A program made the translations under genes and the position numbers. Below the pieces are notes generated by a model, which had not been told where the DNA came from, did no database searches, and saw nothing but the letters and a program-made list of their open reading frames with translations. From Eledone cirrhosa (lineage: Eukaryota): DNA of 64,000 nt. Below, in pieces: positions 39,420 through 53,940 of this stretch (within the stretch, counting starts at the first letter, position 1; each line of letters starts with the position of its first letter). Where the stretch lies: the NCBI GenBank assembly GCA_964016885.1, contig OZ024754.1:12586001-12650000 (forward strand). The letters are read 5' to 3'.

Positions 39420-39645
39420 GATACTATGGATATGTGGTTAGAATGTCTCAGGATAGAATCACTGGACAGATTTTACGAGCAAAACCAACCGGCAGACGAC
39501 CCAGGGGTAGACCCTGAGCAAGATAGTTGGATAACATCCATGAGCTTGGCTGGTCTCGCTTTTGGGGATCAAGTTGGAAATGGTTGCTTTTGACAGGACC
39601 TGCTGGAAGGAGTTTCTTGAGGCCCCCATGGCCTCTCTCTCTCTC
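39420..39645 (+). mobile_element. Degraded RTE 3' fragment
   Basis: Translates as YGYVVRMSQDRITGQILRAKPTGRRPRGRP*. Confidence 0.65.
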
Positions 39646-41564
39646 TTGCTTGAAGATTACGTTGATGAAGAATGACATCTCCATTTTTAATACCTTGGTT
39701 CAAATATGATGCTGAAGCTATTTTAATTATTTTCTATAATGGTAGGGGCCACGATTGTGATATATGTCTTGGGCACTTAAATCAGGTGGATCCCATCCCT
39801 TTTCAAGGAAATTCTTGAGGATACCTTAATTTACAAATATTGTTAAAAATTTCCCCATTAATTTATAGCAAAAAAATGTTGCCAATGATTATAATATTTG
39901 TACCATTAATGAGGGAATGCTGAATGGAAATATTTTTTATTTTTGTTGAGTGTCAAGTTACCAAAAACAAAAAAAAATGTTAATTACTATGCTTCCTTGA
40001 AATAACAACATACATACAACTTGTTTTATGTTTGTATTTCCAATGTAACAACAAGAGTTTATTAGCAAGTAATTTATAGCTACTTTTAGAGGCAATAATT
40101 GAACTATTTAGCTTCCTTCTACCGCTAGTAGGTTGATCCATTTTTGGTAATCCACATATAATGTTTATTATTCCCTCCTTTAAATGCAAGGCTTATCTGT
40201 TCCAGTAGCTTTTCAATCAATTTGTTACGAGGTTTCCTAATGTATATGATGCTTAAATCATAGGTTTCTATCTATTTTATTCCCTTACTCTCATTCATTT
40301 ACCTTCACTTTATAACATCAAATAGAGGCTCGTTTTTTTCTTTATTATTTTAGTAATTGTTTATAACACAAAATTTATGGAAGCTAGCACTATTTTTTAT
40401 CCTTCTGCTTTTGCTTTTAATGGTTATATTTTTGTCTACTGATATATTAATTTAAATGTTACCAATACTGGTGTGGATATTTTCATTGAGCTTAGATTCT
40501 TTCAATGCAACAACAACAAATCTGTGTTTAATGCTTTTTTAATACGTTTCAGATATCCAGTACATAATGTGTATCTCTTTATTTCTTTATCCATAACTTT
40601 CAATGCTATTCATGCTACTGGTGTCATGTGCTTCTGTATAATTTAAACCTGAGATTTATCCATGTTTTTATATGTATCACTTCATCAATTATACCAACAT
40701 CTACAAAGATAACTGCCACATAATTTTTCTAATGGATAATTGGTACATAGTTTATTGCTTTATCTATATTACTGTGCTGAATCTTTGATGTGTAAGCACT
40801 AAAGATACTCTGTTAAATTACTACGTTTTCTAAGCCATCATTAGAGTTTTGAAAAAAAACCAAAAAAACATATGAACAGACAAGATAAAAAAATACATGT
40901 AAAATATATAACTGCCATATTATTCCATAGAAAGTTAGCCATTGCATGAGGCACGAGACACTGTTAAATGTGATTCAATGTGATTCTATGGTTTATTTGG
41001 AGCACAATCTGACAAATCCATATATGTTAGAATGGTTACCATCATTTTTATACATAAGTTCAAGTTGTTGATGTTCAGCACCAGTTTAAACCTGATCAAG
41101 CATACATATGATCAAAAATGTTTCAGCAGTGACCATTCTGTATCTGTATATGTAAGACTACATTGTCGAATGTCTTAATTCATTTTCAAGATAGTAGGAT
41201 GTGATTTTAGGGTGATTTAGCATGTCAAACAACTACATAGTTGTCAGCTCAAAAGTGTGTAGCCGTGAATGTGACTGTATTCTAAGTTGATGACATCAAA
41301 TATACATGTAGGTTGAGTGCTTCTGTGAATTTAAATCAAAGTGTTTTGTTGTTATATTCTCTCATTTTCCCTAATACTAATTTTCAACAACTCATGCTAG
41401 AAATTTGGAGGAGGGGGTAGTTGATTAATTGACTCTAGAAGGATAAAAAGCAAAGTTGACCCTGATAAGATTTGAGCTCAAAACTTAAAGAGATGGGACA
41501 AATACCACAAAATATTGGTACGATGTTCTAAAGATTCATCTTATCCACCATTGCCTCTGTTTAA

Positions 41565-41788
41565 CCCTTTCATTAGCAAATCTCTAATGAAATACACTCC
41601 ATTTCAATTAATTACTGAAGAATTTTGAGAGATTAGCTAAAATTATTTATTTTAAAACTAAGATAGTAACTTAACTTATAGTTTTTGTATAAAATTATGC
41701 TGGAAGATTTTAATTTCAATAAGAACCCTTTAAAATAGAGGATTTTGTTTCATAGAACCAGGTTTTGGGTGGGTTTGTATCAAAAGGG
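41565..41788. mobile_element. Eroded piggyBac-type MITE
   Basis: TTAA|cccttt ... aaaggg|ttga ends. Confidence 0.45.
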
Positions 41789-43157
41789 TTGATATCTATA
41801 TTGACCAAGTAAAAATAAAACAAAAACTATATATGTAAATCATTCACATGCAAACCATCATAAGCATCATCAAGATTACACCACCACCACACTACACCAC
41901 ACACTACACCACCACCACACACTACACCACCACCACACACTACACCACCACCACACTACACCACCACTACACACTACACCACCACCACACACAACACCAC
42001 CACTACACACAATACCACATCCACACACTATGCCACCACACACTACACAACCACCAGCAAACACTACACTATCACTACAACCACACTCCACTACCACCAC
42101 CTCCACCACTACACCACCACATACACCACCACCACATCACCATCACACCACCACAAACACACACTACACCACCACCACCACCACCACCACCATATAGTTA
42201 ACAGCCAACTACCTCATATATATATATGTAATTATTTATTCATATATTGCACTTAACACCTGTTTAGTGTCCCACAGCTTAGTGAATTATATATGGACTG
42301 TTTTATGTCCAACCACTCTAGATAGTAGAGGGTGGGGTATCGGGGCTGGGGTAGTGTTGGGGTGTGTGGGAGGCGGGGGAGGGTGTTGGTGGTGTATAAG
42401 GATGATTTGAAGGAGATATTAGCTGCTATTTCTAGCAGGGTGTACAATCTCATAGAGGTTCTCCTATTAGCTCAAAGTATGTTTGTATGTATGGTTCTGT
42501 AAGAACCTGATGAAGTTTTGGTGTTTCTTGGGGGTCATTAAACCTGGCAGAACCCATCCCATCCCATCCCATCCCATCCCATCTCCACATCTGAACATAA
42601 CCAATTTCTTCCATAAAAGGAGTGAGAGAGGAAGTGAGAAAGAGATATAGAGGAAGAATCGACCCCAGTACTAGACTGGTACTTTTTTTATCGACCTCAA
42701 AAGGATGAAAGACAAAGTTGACCTCAGTGGGATTTGAAATCAGAGAGAAGAAAGCCAGAACAAATACAACAAACCATTCTATCCAACCTTCTAAAGACTT
42801 TGCCAATTTACCTCCTAAAAAATTGTGCCCCAGGTGAGTCTTGATCCAATAAACTTATGATCAAAGGAATTTCATCTGTTACCTTCCAGTTGTATGACTT
42901 TTTTGACAGCAGATGGAATTTCTAGATGGGTTGTTGCTAATTTGGGGGTACTGGGCAACAAATTTTCCCCACCTTTCAATTGTTCCTCCTATAAAAATCG
43001 TCTGCCAACCCAGAATGTTCTAGAACAGCTCTCTACCATCACCACTAACACTCCCAATATTCCATCTTCCTACATACAGCTCCCTTCTCTGTAAACACCA
43101 AAGCCTAGTAAAGCACCTGCCACTAACTAAACCCACCCCCATACAGCTACCTTCTCT

Positions 43158-43210
43158 GATGATGGTGATGGTGGTGGTGGTGGTGGCAATGGTGATGGTG
43201 CTAATGGTGG

Positions 43211-43245
<35 letters not shown>

Positions 43246-43945
43246 GTGGTGGCAATGGTGGTGGTGGTGGTGGTGGTGGGAATGGTGATGATGCTAATGG
43301 TAGGAAGGGTGATGATGGTGGCAATGGTGGTGCTAATGGTGATGATGATGATGGTGGTGGTGGCAGTGGTGGTGGCAATGGTGGTGATGATGATGATGAT
43401 GATGGCAATGGTGGTGGTGGTGGTGGCAATGGTGATGGTGCTAATGGTGGTGATGATGATGATGATGATGGTGGCAATGGTGGTGATGAAGATGATGGTG
43501 GCAATGGTGGTGGTGGTGGTGGTGGTGGTGGCAATGGTGGTGGTGGCAATGGTGATGGTGGCAATGGTGATGGTGCTAATGGTGGTGATGATGATGATGA
43601 TGGTGGTGGCAATGGTGGTGGTGGTGGGGATGAGGATGATGGTGGCAATGGTGGTGCTAATGGTGATGATGATGATGGTGGTGGCAATGGTGGTGATGAT
43701 GATGATGATGATGGCAATGGTGGTGGTGGCAATGGTGATGGTGTTAATGGTGGTGATGATGATGGTGGTGGTGGTGATGGTGGGGGGTGGCGATGGTGAT
43801 GGTGTTAATGGTGGTGATGATGATGACGGTGGTGGCAATGGTGGTGGTGGCAATGGTGATGGTGTTAATGGTGGTGATGATGGTGGTGGTGGTGATTGTG
43901 GGGTGGGTGGGGGGGGGGGGGGGGGGTGGGGGGGGGGGGGGCGAT
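43158..43945. repeat. GGT/GAT compound trinucleotide array ending in poly-G
   Basis: Direct inspection. Confidence 0.95.
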
Positions 43946-44061
43946 GGTGTAATGTTGGAAATAGTTTTGCAGATATATTGCCAATTTGTGGTGCCAATAT
44001 CATGCTAGGTGACATGGTGATAGTGTTAATAATCACTCACATTATATATATACACACACAC

Positions 44062-44093
<32 letters not shown>

Positions 44094-44740
44094 ATATATA
44101 TATATGCGTGTGTGTGTGTGTGTATGTGTGTATATATATATATATACATATCTGTATGTATGTATGTATACACACACAAAATATAATGTATTAATGAGGA
44201 AGATATTTCACTTGCCTTTAATTTTATTGCTCTCTTTATGAACATTATTATTTAATGAGTGCATCAGTGTACTTGTGTATATATATACAGAGTGAGAGAG
44301 AGAGAGAGAGAGAGAAAGGTAGAGAGGGGGAGAGAGAGTGAGAGAGGGGGACAGAGAGAGAGATAGAGAGAAGGTGACAGAATTTTAGATGCAAATAGGA
44401 ATATATATTTTAATTGCACCCTTTTTCTTTATATATAAAAATTTATGTATAATTTCTCAGACATGACATCTTTATTCATTTTAGTTATATATATATGTAT
44501 ATATATATATATATAACTCCTGCTAACATGGAAAGTGGACGTTAAATGAAGATAATATATATACACACATTTATATATATATATATATATTCATATATAC
44601 ATATATACACTTATACACAGAGTCACTCACACTCAACTATAATCTTTCATGCGCACATTTAGATGTGATTCACTAATATCATAATTATCATTTAAAAGAC
44701 CATTTTTCCATTCTTGCCTACATATCTATGGTCCATCTAC

Positions 44741-46012
44741 ACTACACCGTATCACAGCTCTTCTCATACCAGTAACATTTCATCTATCTACCTCTTCAAA
44801 TTAGAAACTGACTGCAAGACACTACACCATATCACAGCTCCTCTCATACCAGTAACATTTCATCTACCTACCTCTTCAAATTAGAAACCGTCTGCAAGAC
44901 AATACACCATATCACAGCTCCTCTCATACCAGTAACATTTCATCTATCTACCTCTTCAAATTAGAAACCGACTGCAAGACACTACACCATATCACAGCTC
45001 CTCTCATACCAGTAACATTTCATCTACCTACCTCTTCAAATTAGAAACCGACTGCAAGACAATACACCATATCACAGCTCCTCTCATACCAGTAACATTT
45101 CATCTATCTCCCTCTTCAAATTAGAAACCGACTGCAAGACACTACACCATATCACAGCTCCTCTCATACCAGTAACATTTCATCTACCTACCTCTTCAAA
45201 TTAGAAACCGACTGCAAGACAATACACCATATCACAGCTCCTCTCATACCAGTAACATTTCATCTATCTCCCTCTTCAAATTAGAAACCGACTGCAAGAC
45301 ACTACACCATATCACAGCTCCTCTCATACCAGTAACATTTCATCTATCTCCCTCTTCAAATTAGAGACCGACTGCAAGACACTACACCATATCACAGCTC
45401 CTCTCATACCAGTAACATTTCATCTATCTACCTTTTCAAATTAGAAACCGACTGCAAGACACTACACCATATCACAGCTCCTCTCATACCAGTAACATTT
45501 CATCTACCTACCTCTTCAAATTAGAAACCGACTGCAAGACACTACACCATATCACAGCTCCTCTCATACCAGTAACATTTCATCTATCTCCCTCTTCAAA
45601 TTAGAAACCGACTGCAAGACACTACACCATATCACAGCTCCTCTCATACCAGTAACATTTCATCTATCTCCCTCTTCAAATTAGAAACCGACTGCAAGAC
45701 AATACACCATATCACAGCTCCTCTCATACCAGTAACATTTCATCTATCTCCCTCTTCAAATTAGAGACCGACTGCAAGACACTACACCATATCACAGCTC
45801 TTCTCATACCAGTAACATTTCATCTATCTACCTCTTCAAATTAGAAACCGACTGCAAGACACTACACCATATCACAGCTCCTCTCATACCAGTAACATTT
45901 CATCTATCTACCTTTTCAAATTAGAAACCGACTGCAAGACACTACACCATATCACAGCTCCTCTCATACCAGTAACGTTTCATCTATCTACCTCTTCAAA
46001 TTGGAAGCCGAC
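44741..46012. repeat. 80-bp minisatellite, ~16 copies
   Basis: actacaccatatcacagctc...gactgcaagac with an exact 80-bp period. Confidence 0.97.
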
Positions 46013-46862
46013 GATGACACTTGTAACAACATCTCTCTGAATTTTACTCAGAAAAATTCTTTCACTACATAAATGATTGGCATTACTCTTCCCTTGAACA
46101 TGACAACCTTACTAATGTTGGTTCTACATGATAAAGACAGCTAGTACAACCTGTACAATGGTTGGTGACAGAAAATGCATCCATTATTAAAAAAATAACT
46201 TTTGAAATGAGAGGGTCAAGCAGACATTCTGGTTATGCCAAAGAAACGATAATCTTACTAGTGTTGGTGATCAATACAATAAACTCCTCCAGTACATTTT
46301 ATAAAGTGTTTAGTGATAGGTAGGGTGCCCACTCATTGAAAACCTACCAATCAAAGGGTCAAGAGAACTCTTCAGTTATTACAAAGATATGACATTGTCC
46401 CAAGTGTTGGTGATCTACCTGATAAATAGACCCAATACAATCTGTAAAGTGGTTGGGCATAGGACGGGCATCAAGTCATAGAAAACTTGCCAAACAAAGG
46501 GTCAGGGGAGGGACTCTTCAGCTGTATCAAAGACATGACAATTTCCCTAATGTTGGTGCCATGATAAAATCGATTTTATAAAGTGTAGGATTGTATGTCA
46601 AGCCTCTGGCCTTCCTGTAGGTCTGTGTCTCCACTTCAGCACTTACTGGTCTGTGACAACAATCCAATGTTTGCTGGTAAGGAAAACAAACTCTAAAACA
46701 TGATATCTTCTGGTAACAATATATTCTCACATTTTCATATCACATATATTCACATAAAGTTTAGTTTTCTTTCTGTTTTGTGTTCTTGAGCAAAACACTT
46801 TATTTCACGTTGCTCCAGGACACTCAGCTTAGAGTGAGTACCAGCAGTAGCTGGGGAGTTAA

Positions 46863-47282
46863 CCCTTTAGCATTTACATTACTGTGTATTTATTATTATA
46901 AAGAAGTGCCAAGAAATCCCTGTGGAAGGAAGACAAGGTAGAGAAAGACCATGAAAATCATGGGTGGAGGTGGTGAGAGCTGACCTCAGATCGCTGAAGC
47001 TCATTGAGGAAATGATGAAAGACCGTGACGAATGGAGAGATGCTGTGCTGAAAAGGACCCATCCTACCCTTGTAAGCAAGGAAAAGCAGATGTCAAATGA
47101 TGATGATTTTCATGGTAAAGGCTTTATCTCACATAAATTCTCACAAATTATCGAATTCATGAGATCTTGATATCATTTATTTTGAGAATAATACATCAGT
47201 ATGAATGGCCAGTTACAGCCAGTTTGAACAGAAAGAGGTGAGAGAATTCTGGCTGGATATGGCCGGTTTAAATGCTAAAGGG
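46863..47282. mobile_element. piggyBac-type MITE containing an RTE 3' fragment
   Basis: TTAA|ccctttagcattta ... taaatgctaaaggg|TTAA, with an RTE piece at ~46900-47106. Confidence 0.8.
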
Positions 47283-48289
47283 TTAATCCTGCAACAGATA
47301 AGCATCCTACTCTGGGAGAGTCTTGTTTTCTCAGTTGCTTAGGATCAAGGAAACTAGGGATAAACACTGACCGGTTGAGCCTCCAGGAGCTTGTGACAGA
47401 CTTTAACCAATACCACTGATGTCATATTTCCTGTAAACTTTGCTTGATCTTCCTAACAGCCAGCTCATATCTCTCGTATCACTCAGAAAGTTAATATTTC
47501 ATATCTAACAAATCTTACTCAACTGAATTCACACTTTTATGAGCAGTACTTTATGTCACACACATACACAGAAACACAAACACAAACACACACATGTTCA
47601 CATGCAGACACACACACACGTTTATAGACAGGCATACACACACATACGCACACATATTCACATACACACAACACATAACACATACACACACACTTTCACA
47701 TGCATACATACACACATACACACACACATTCACATGCAGACATACACACACACACTTTCACATGCATACATACACACATACACACACATTCAGACATACA
47801 CACACACTTTCACATGCATACATACACACATACACGCACATTCACATGCAGACATACACACATGTTGACATACACACATACACATGTTCACATACAGACA
47901 TACACACACATTCATATGCTAACATACACACATGTCCACATACATGCACACAGACATGCACACACATATACACACACATTCACATGCAGACACACACACA
48001 TGTTCACATACAAACATACACAATATCCAAATACACACATTTTTAATTGGGTGTTAGATTAGATGCATACACAAAAACAAATGTATATACATATACATAT
48101 ATACACAGACATATACATATACATACACACATACATATACATACACACATACACATACATATACATACATATACATACACACATACATATATAGACACAC
48201 ATACATACACAAATACATATATATATATACAAATACATACACAAATACATATACATATATAGATATATGGATATAGATATATAAATATA

Positions 48290-49205
48290 TGGATATAGAT
48301 ATATAAATACGGTTCCTTAATTGTAGAGCTAACTCTGTTGAAAGGACTTGACTGCTGTTTCTAGTTGTGGATAACCCTATTCACGCCACTGGGACGAAGC
48401 TAGTATGATGTGTATTTCTAGTAGATACAGCACGTGTTGCTGGCCAGTCGCTGATTTGAACTTGATGCGTAAACATAGATCACTGAAACTTCTTCCTTGT
48501 TGAAAATCCAAGTATCGGCATCCGTGGTTTACCAATCGATTAATTGGTGAAATATATTTCTTTAATGGAATATATACAGGGAAGATTAATCATATTATAA
48601 GGTATCTATTTTTGAAGTTCTAGTTAAACTTTATTTAGTTATCTACCTAGCTATGTGTACTTACACAATTTTACAAATTATCCCCTGTGATTGTTTCATA
48701 TGTTTAATTATATGTCAATCAATTTCTAGTTGATATAAAATGCTCAGTTCTACTCATTAGAATCTTGGAGCATATTTTACGGGTGATATGGTGCATATCT
48801 CTCTGACATGACACCCTTAATTTAATTTGATTTGATTTAATTTAATTCAATTTATCTTAATTTTGGATATATATAAATACGGCCCCTTAATTGTAGAGCT
48901 AACTCAGTTGAAAGGACTTACTTCTGTTTCTAGTTGTCAATAACCCTATCTATTTTTGAAGTTCTGGTTAACTTTATTTAGTTACCTATCTAGCTATGTG
49001 TGCTTACACACTTGTAAAAATTATCTCCTGTGATTATTCATGTTTATTTATATGTTAATCAATTTCTAGTTATTATAAAATGCTCGGACCTACTCGTTAG
49101 AATCTTAGAGCTTATTTTGCGGGTGATATGGTGCATGTCTTTCTGGCATGACACCCTTAATTGTGATTTAGATTAAATTCATTTTGATTTATCTTAATTT
49201 TGGAT
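48290..49205. repeat. Diverged tandem duplication of ~340 bp, first copy ~220 bp longer
   Basis: ggatat..ataaatacgg..ccttaattgtagagctaactc occurs at ~48290 and ~48864. The extra segment is ~48381-48604. Confidence 0.85.
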
Positions 49206-49267
49206 ATAGATATATACATATACATATACTTATATAGACACAAATACATACATATGTATTTACATAC

Positions 49268-49302
<35 letters not shown>

Positions 49303-49789
49303 CACAAATACATATATATATATATACATACATACACATATACTTATATAGACACATACACACATACATATATAGACACATACACACACATACATACATA
49401 TGAATATACATATGAATATACATACATAAACAAACACAAACATACATACATACATACATACATGGTGGCTGCCAACTCGTTTTCGAGTACGGCCACTACT
49501 TTATATCCATGTAGGAAAACCCCTACCGATGCGCTGAACGAGTGTGACTTTTTAGTCCAGCCAGCGACTTGAAAACTCTGGTACAAACACTACACCTGTG
49601 ACAATTATTGACACATAGTGCTGGGCTCATGGTACCGTGTGACGACAAGTGCAGAGAGATCTCCAGATATAAAGCAATGCCTGTGCCGTTAAGCTTTTAT
49701 AGTGAGCAAAGGCACTGCACAAAGCCAGTCCCACTCTCTTAACCAAGATGATATTTACCAAAAAGAAGAACAAGTCAACATCATTGGAT

Positions 49790-50020
49790 ACCATGGGGGT
49801 TGCAGGTGTTATATCAGAGTTTTCCTTCTCCTAGAATTCTGCCTTGACAAAGGCTAAGGAGTCATCTCTCCCGGTGATTTTGGATGGCCATTGACTCTTA
49901 AGAGCTCCTTTGCCCTTTGACAGGTTTTGTTTTTAGTCCTGCAGGATGTCCAAAGTCACCCTCCTCACCAAGAAACCTTGGTGGGGTTGCCAGTTTAGTC
50001 GCCAACGACCCGACCATGCA
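49790..50020 (+). mobile_element. Probable RTE-type 5' UTR relic
   Basis: agagttttccttctcctag... and gtttagtcgcc motifs, recalled from RTE 5' regions. A related motif lies at 10485-10512. Confidence 0.4.
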
Positions 50021-50260
50021 TACATACATACATAAATACATACATACATACATACATACATAATTATATACATACACAAACATTGACCAGAAGATCTTCA
50101 GGCTGACCATCAGCTGCAACAATTTCACCAATTTAGGCACCATTTTATTCCTTGTATTTTATTCTGTGTGTGTATATATATATATACACACATCTATATA
50201 CATGCATAAACTATATATATATACACATGCATCACTATATATATATATATATATATGGAT

Positions 50261-50595
50261 GGAGGCACATGGCTTAGTGGTTAGAGCATTGGCCTTGCAA
50301 TCAAAAGGTTGTGAGTTCAATTCTCAGACCGGGCGATGTGTTGTTTCCTTGAGCAAGGCACTTTATTTCACATTGCTCCAGTTTACTCAGCTGTAGAAAT
50401 GAGATGATAGGGACTGGGGTTCCTATCATTCCACTGTAAAGTGGTCGTGGAGGTGCCACGGCAAAAAAGCACCCAGCACTCACTGTAAATGAGGTTGGTG
50501 TTAGGAAGGGCATCCAGCTGTAGAAATCAAGCCAGAATCAGTTCCCGTCCCACCCTTGCAAGCAGGGAAAAGTGGACGTAAAATGAGATGATGAT
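50261..50595 (+). mobile_element. SINE-B
   Basis: Family match. Confidence 0.9.
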
Positions 50596-50654
50596 ATATA
50601 TACACACACACACATCTATATACATGCATAAACTATATATATATATACACATGC

Positions 50655-50703
<49 letters not shown>

Positions 50704-50814
50704 TCTATATACATGCATAAACTATATATATATACACATGCATCACTATATATATATATATATACACACACACACATCTATATACATGCATAAACTATAT
50801 ATATATACACATGC

Positions 50815-50852
<38 letters not shown>

Positions 50853-50856
50853 ATGC

Positions 50857-50911
<55 letters not shown>

Positions 50912-51016
50912 TCTATATACATGCATAAACTATATATATATACACATGCATCACTATATATATATATACACACACACATCTATATACATGCATAAACTAT
51001 ATATATATACACATGC

Positions 51017-51054
<38 letters not shown>

Positions 51055-51071
51055 GCATCACTATATATATA

Positions 51072-51372
51072 TAGACAATATGCCCCCACACACTCCCACT
51101 GAAAAGTGGTCGTGGTGGTGCCACGGCAGAAAAGCACCCACCGCACACTGTAAAGTGTACGTGTAGGTGCCATGGAAATAAAGCACCCAGTACTCACTGT
51201 AAATGAGGTTGGTGTTAGGAAGGGCATCCAGCTGTAGAAATCAAGCCAGAATCAGTTCCCGTATGAGCAAGGCATGGTCAGCCGACCGGACACTGCTCAC
51301 AACAGGACAACCTGTCTAACTCATGCTAGCGTGGAAGAATGGACGTAAAACGGTGATGATGATGATGATGAT
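51072..51372 (+). mobile_element. 3' UTR portion of the RTE/SINE composite
   Basis: Begins tagacaatatgcc, matching the composite junction, and carries the alternative tail. Confidence 0.78.
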
Positions 51373-52348
51373 ATATATATATATATATCATCATCATCAT
51401 CATTTAATGTCTATCTTCCACGCTAGCATGGGTTATTTGTATGAGTGTGTATAATAACTTGGTGTGCACACAAGGAAATTTATATAGATAATCTATTTTT
51501 ATGTGTCATCTCACAAATAAATGTAGAGTGACATATGAAATAGATATATGAATAGAAAGTTTCATTACAAAAGACATATAACGATATTTATCTATCTTTG
51601 TCTAGATAAATAAATATATGATATTATTAAATATATATATTATATCATATTGCATTCTAGATTGTATATGAAGCAGCCATAATGTCAGATTGTGATATAG
51701 ATACACTAATATATATTTTAGATGAGTATTGTCTATTTTATAAGTGCGGCTTATCAATCATGGATATCTATTGCTTGGATTGTTTAACTAAGAATATCCA
51801 ATTGCTTTCTAGCTAATGTACACTACACTAGAAAATTATGTAAAAAATGTAAATGATCTTACCAGATGCATGAGATATATGGTCGACTTTTAAGACTTTT
51901 CCACTGCAGATCACTAAGTCATAACTGTCCACCCCCAAAACATGAAGGATCTAGAACGCCTCAAATAAAAACTCCTAGATTTAATATATCTATGGACCTG
52001 TAACTCATAATGGAGTTATAGAGATGCCATAATGACATACTTGGATATTTTGAATCAGGTGGGACCCATACCATTTCCAGGTCTGAACAAAGCTGGTTTC
52101 TTTCAGAGATGGAGAAAGGGTGAAAGAGAGGAAGTGAGAAAGAGATATAGAGGAAGAATTGACCACACTACTGGACTGGTACACTCTTATAAATCTTGAA
52201 AAGATGAAAGGTAACTAGACTTAATAACTAATCTCAAATGCCATAAGAATTCTAATCCTTTCCAAAATAATTTCTTTGTAATTTGTAAACTTCTGTGAAA
52301 GAGTTTGTCTCTGGGAAGAAAAACTTAACACCTCCCATCAGTAACAAC

Positions 52349-52590
52349 ATTTCATTTCATCATTTCATTTTACGTCCACTTTTCCCTGCTTGCAAGGGTG
52401 GGGCGGGAACTGATTCTGGCTTGATTTCTACAGCTGGATGCCCTTCCTAACACCAACCTCATTTACAGTGAGTGCTAGGTAATTTTTTGCCGTGGCACCT
52501 CCACAAGCACTTTGCAGTGGAATGATAGGGACCCCAGTCCCTATCATCTCATTTCTACAGCTGAGTAAACTGGAGCAATGTGAAATAAAT
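52349..52590 (-). mobile_element. SINE-B, 5' truncated
   Basis: Family match. Confidence 0.85.
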
Positions 52591-52614
52591 GTACAATAAA
52601 TGTGAAATAAATGT

Positions 52615-52935
52615 ACAATGGAGCACTGCCCCCTGGAGCAGATACAAACTATGCTGTGTGGAAATACCTAAACAGACTGAGATCTGGTGTTGGACATGCA
52701 AAAGACACTCTTGGAAAATGGGGATATTTAAAGAATGGGGACGTTGTGTGTGACTGCGGCATCGAACCACAGACTATACAGCACCTCCTGATATGTCCCC
52801 TGTTGGAACACCTCTGCACAGCATTGGACTTGGCAAAGTTTAATGAGAACGGACAGTAATGTGTTCAGCCTTGGTCGAACCACATCTAGCCAATCTTTGT
52901 ATCTGACACTCTCGTGGACATGACAAGAAGAAGAA
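52615..52935 (+). mobile_element. Non-LTR retrotransposon 3' end (Vingi/Ingi-like)
   Basis: WKYLNRLRSGVG...KWGY...CDCG..QTIQHLLICP (CCHC-type finger), followed by a short UTR and an (AAG)n tail. Confidence 0.75.
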
Positions 52936-53351
52936 TTTCTGAGAAAAGACTAATTTTTAAACACTTAAGACAACCAAATGCCTACATCATCATCAATATT
53001 TTATGACTAGGTCCTTTACACATCCAAACCATGTTAGCCTGGAAGGTAAATGTAAAATAATGATGATGATGATTATGTGTGTATTTAGTTGACATCTAAT
53101 GACTGTGTTTATTTATTCAGTATCTGTGGACTACATCAAATCAGTCCATATGAGAAAACTATCTTTTTATCACCTATTTATACACTATCTATCCAGTTCA
53201 TTATCTTTGTACACTGTCTATTTAGTCAATATAAACACTGTGTTTCAACATTGTCAAACACTGTGTCAATCCAGTCAACATACACAGCATCAATCCAATT
53301 GATATATAGAAACTATGCCTGTTCAGTCAGCATTGAGACTTTGGCTGTCAA

Positions 53352-53610
53352 GTCAACAATGTCGAGACTCTACATCAATCTAGTCAACAACGTCGAGACT
53401 CTACATCAATCTAGTCAACAACGTCGAGACACTACATCAATCTAGTCAACAACGTCGAGACACTACATCAATCTAGTCACCAACGTTGAGACTCTACATC
53501 AATCTAGTCAACAACGTCGAGACACTACATCAATCTAGTCAACAACGTCGAGACACTACATCAATCTAGTCAACAACGTCGAGACACAACATCAATCTAG
53601 TCAACAACAG
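53352..53610. repeat. 31-bp minisatellite, ~8 copies
   Basis: Unit cgtcgagac(a/t)ctacatcaatctagtcaacaa. Confidence 0.95.
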
Positions 53611-53687
53611 TCAATCCACTCAAGAATTACTGATTTTATCAATCTAGTAATTACAAACACTGTTAACCCAGTCAACATCCTTTAAAC

Positions 53688-53925
53688 CAGGGGCACGTAA
53701 CAGGCAGCCCATGGGCTACACTCCGGCTCGCCAGACTAATCAGAGTTGCCCGCGATGACTGTTTTTAATTTTTACCTTGTAGACTTTGAAATTTTTTCGT
53801 AACTGTAATACAATGACTCAATTCACTGGTTTTCATTAGATTACATATTTTTGACAGTGACTGGCCTTAATAGTTGTTCCAATGTTCAAAAGTGGTCCAC
53901 CAATGGAATATGTTACACACCCCTG
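53688..53925. mobile_element. Older hAT MITE
   Basis: Ends CAGGGGcacgtaaca ... tgttacacaCCCCTG, with an eroded 8-bp TSD ctttaaac/ctctagac. Confidence 0.7.
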
Positions 53926-53940
53926 CTCTAGACCCACCGG

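Noticed and set aside
39740-40880. AT-rich stretch possibly from an old LINE on the minus strand
   Set aside because: Too degraded to assign by eye. It needs a profile search.
44741-46012. Regular arrays (also 3408-4714 and 57150-57664) as possible CRISPR arrays
   Set aside because: Whole units repeat with no unique spacers, there are no cas genes, and the context is eukaryotic.
51863-51950. Possible 88-bp minus-strand exon (ttctag|ATC...TCTG|gtaag)
   Set aside because: Good donor but poor polypyrimidine tract and an unrecognisable peptide. It cannot be supported without RNA data.
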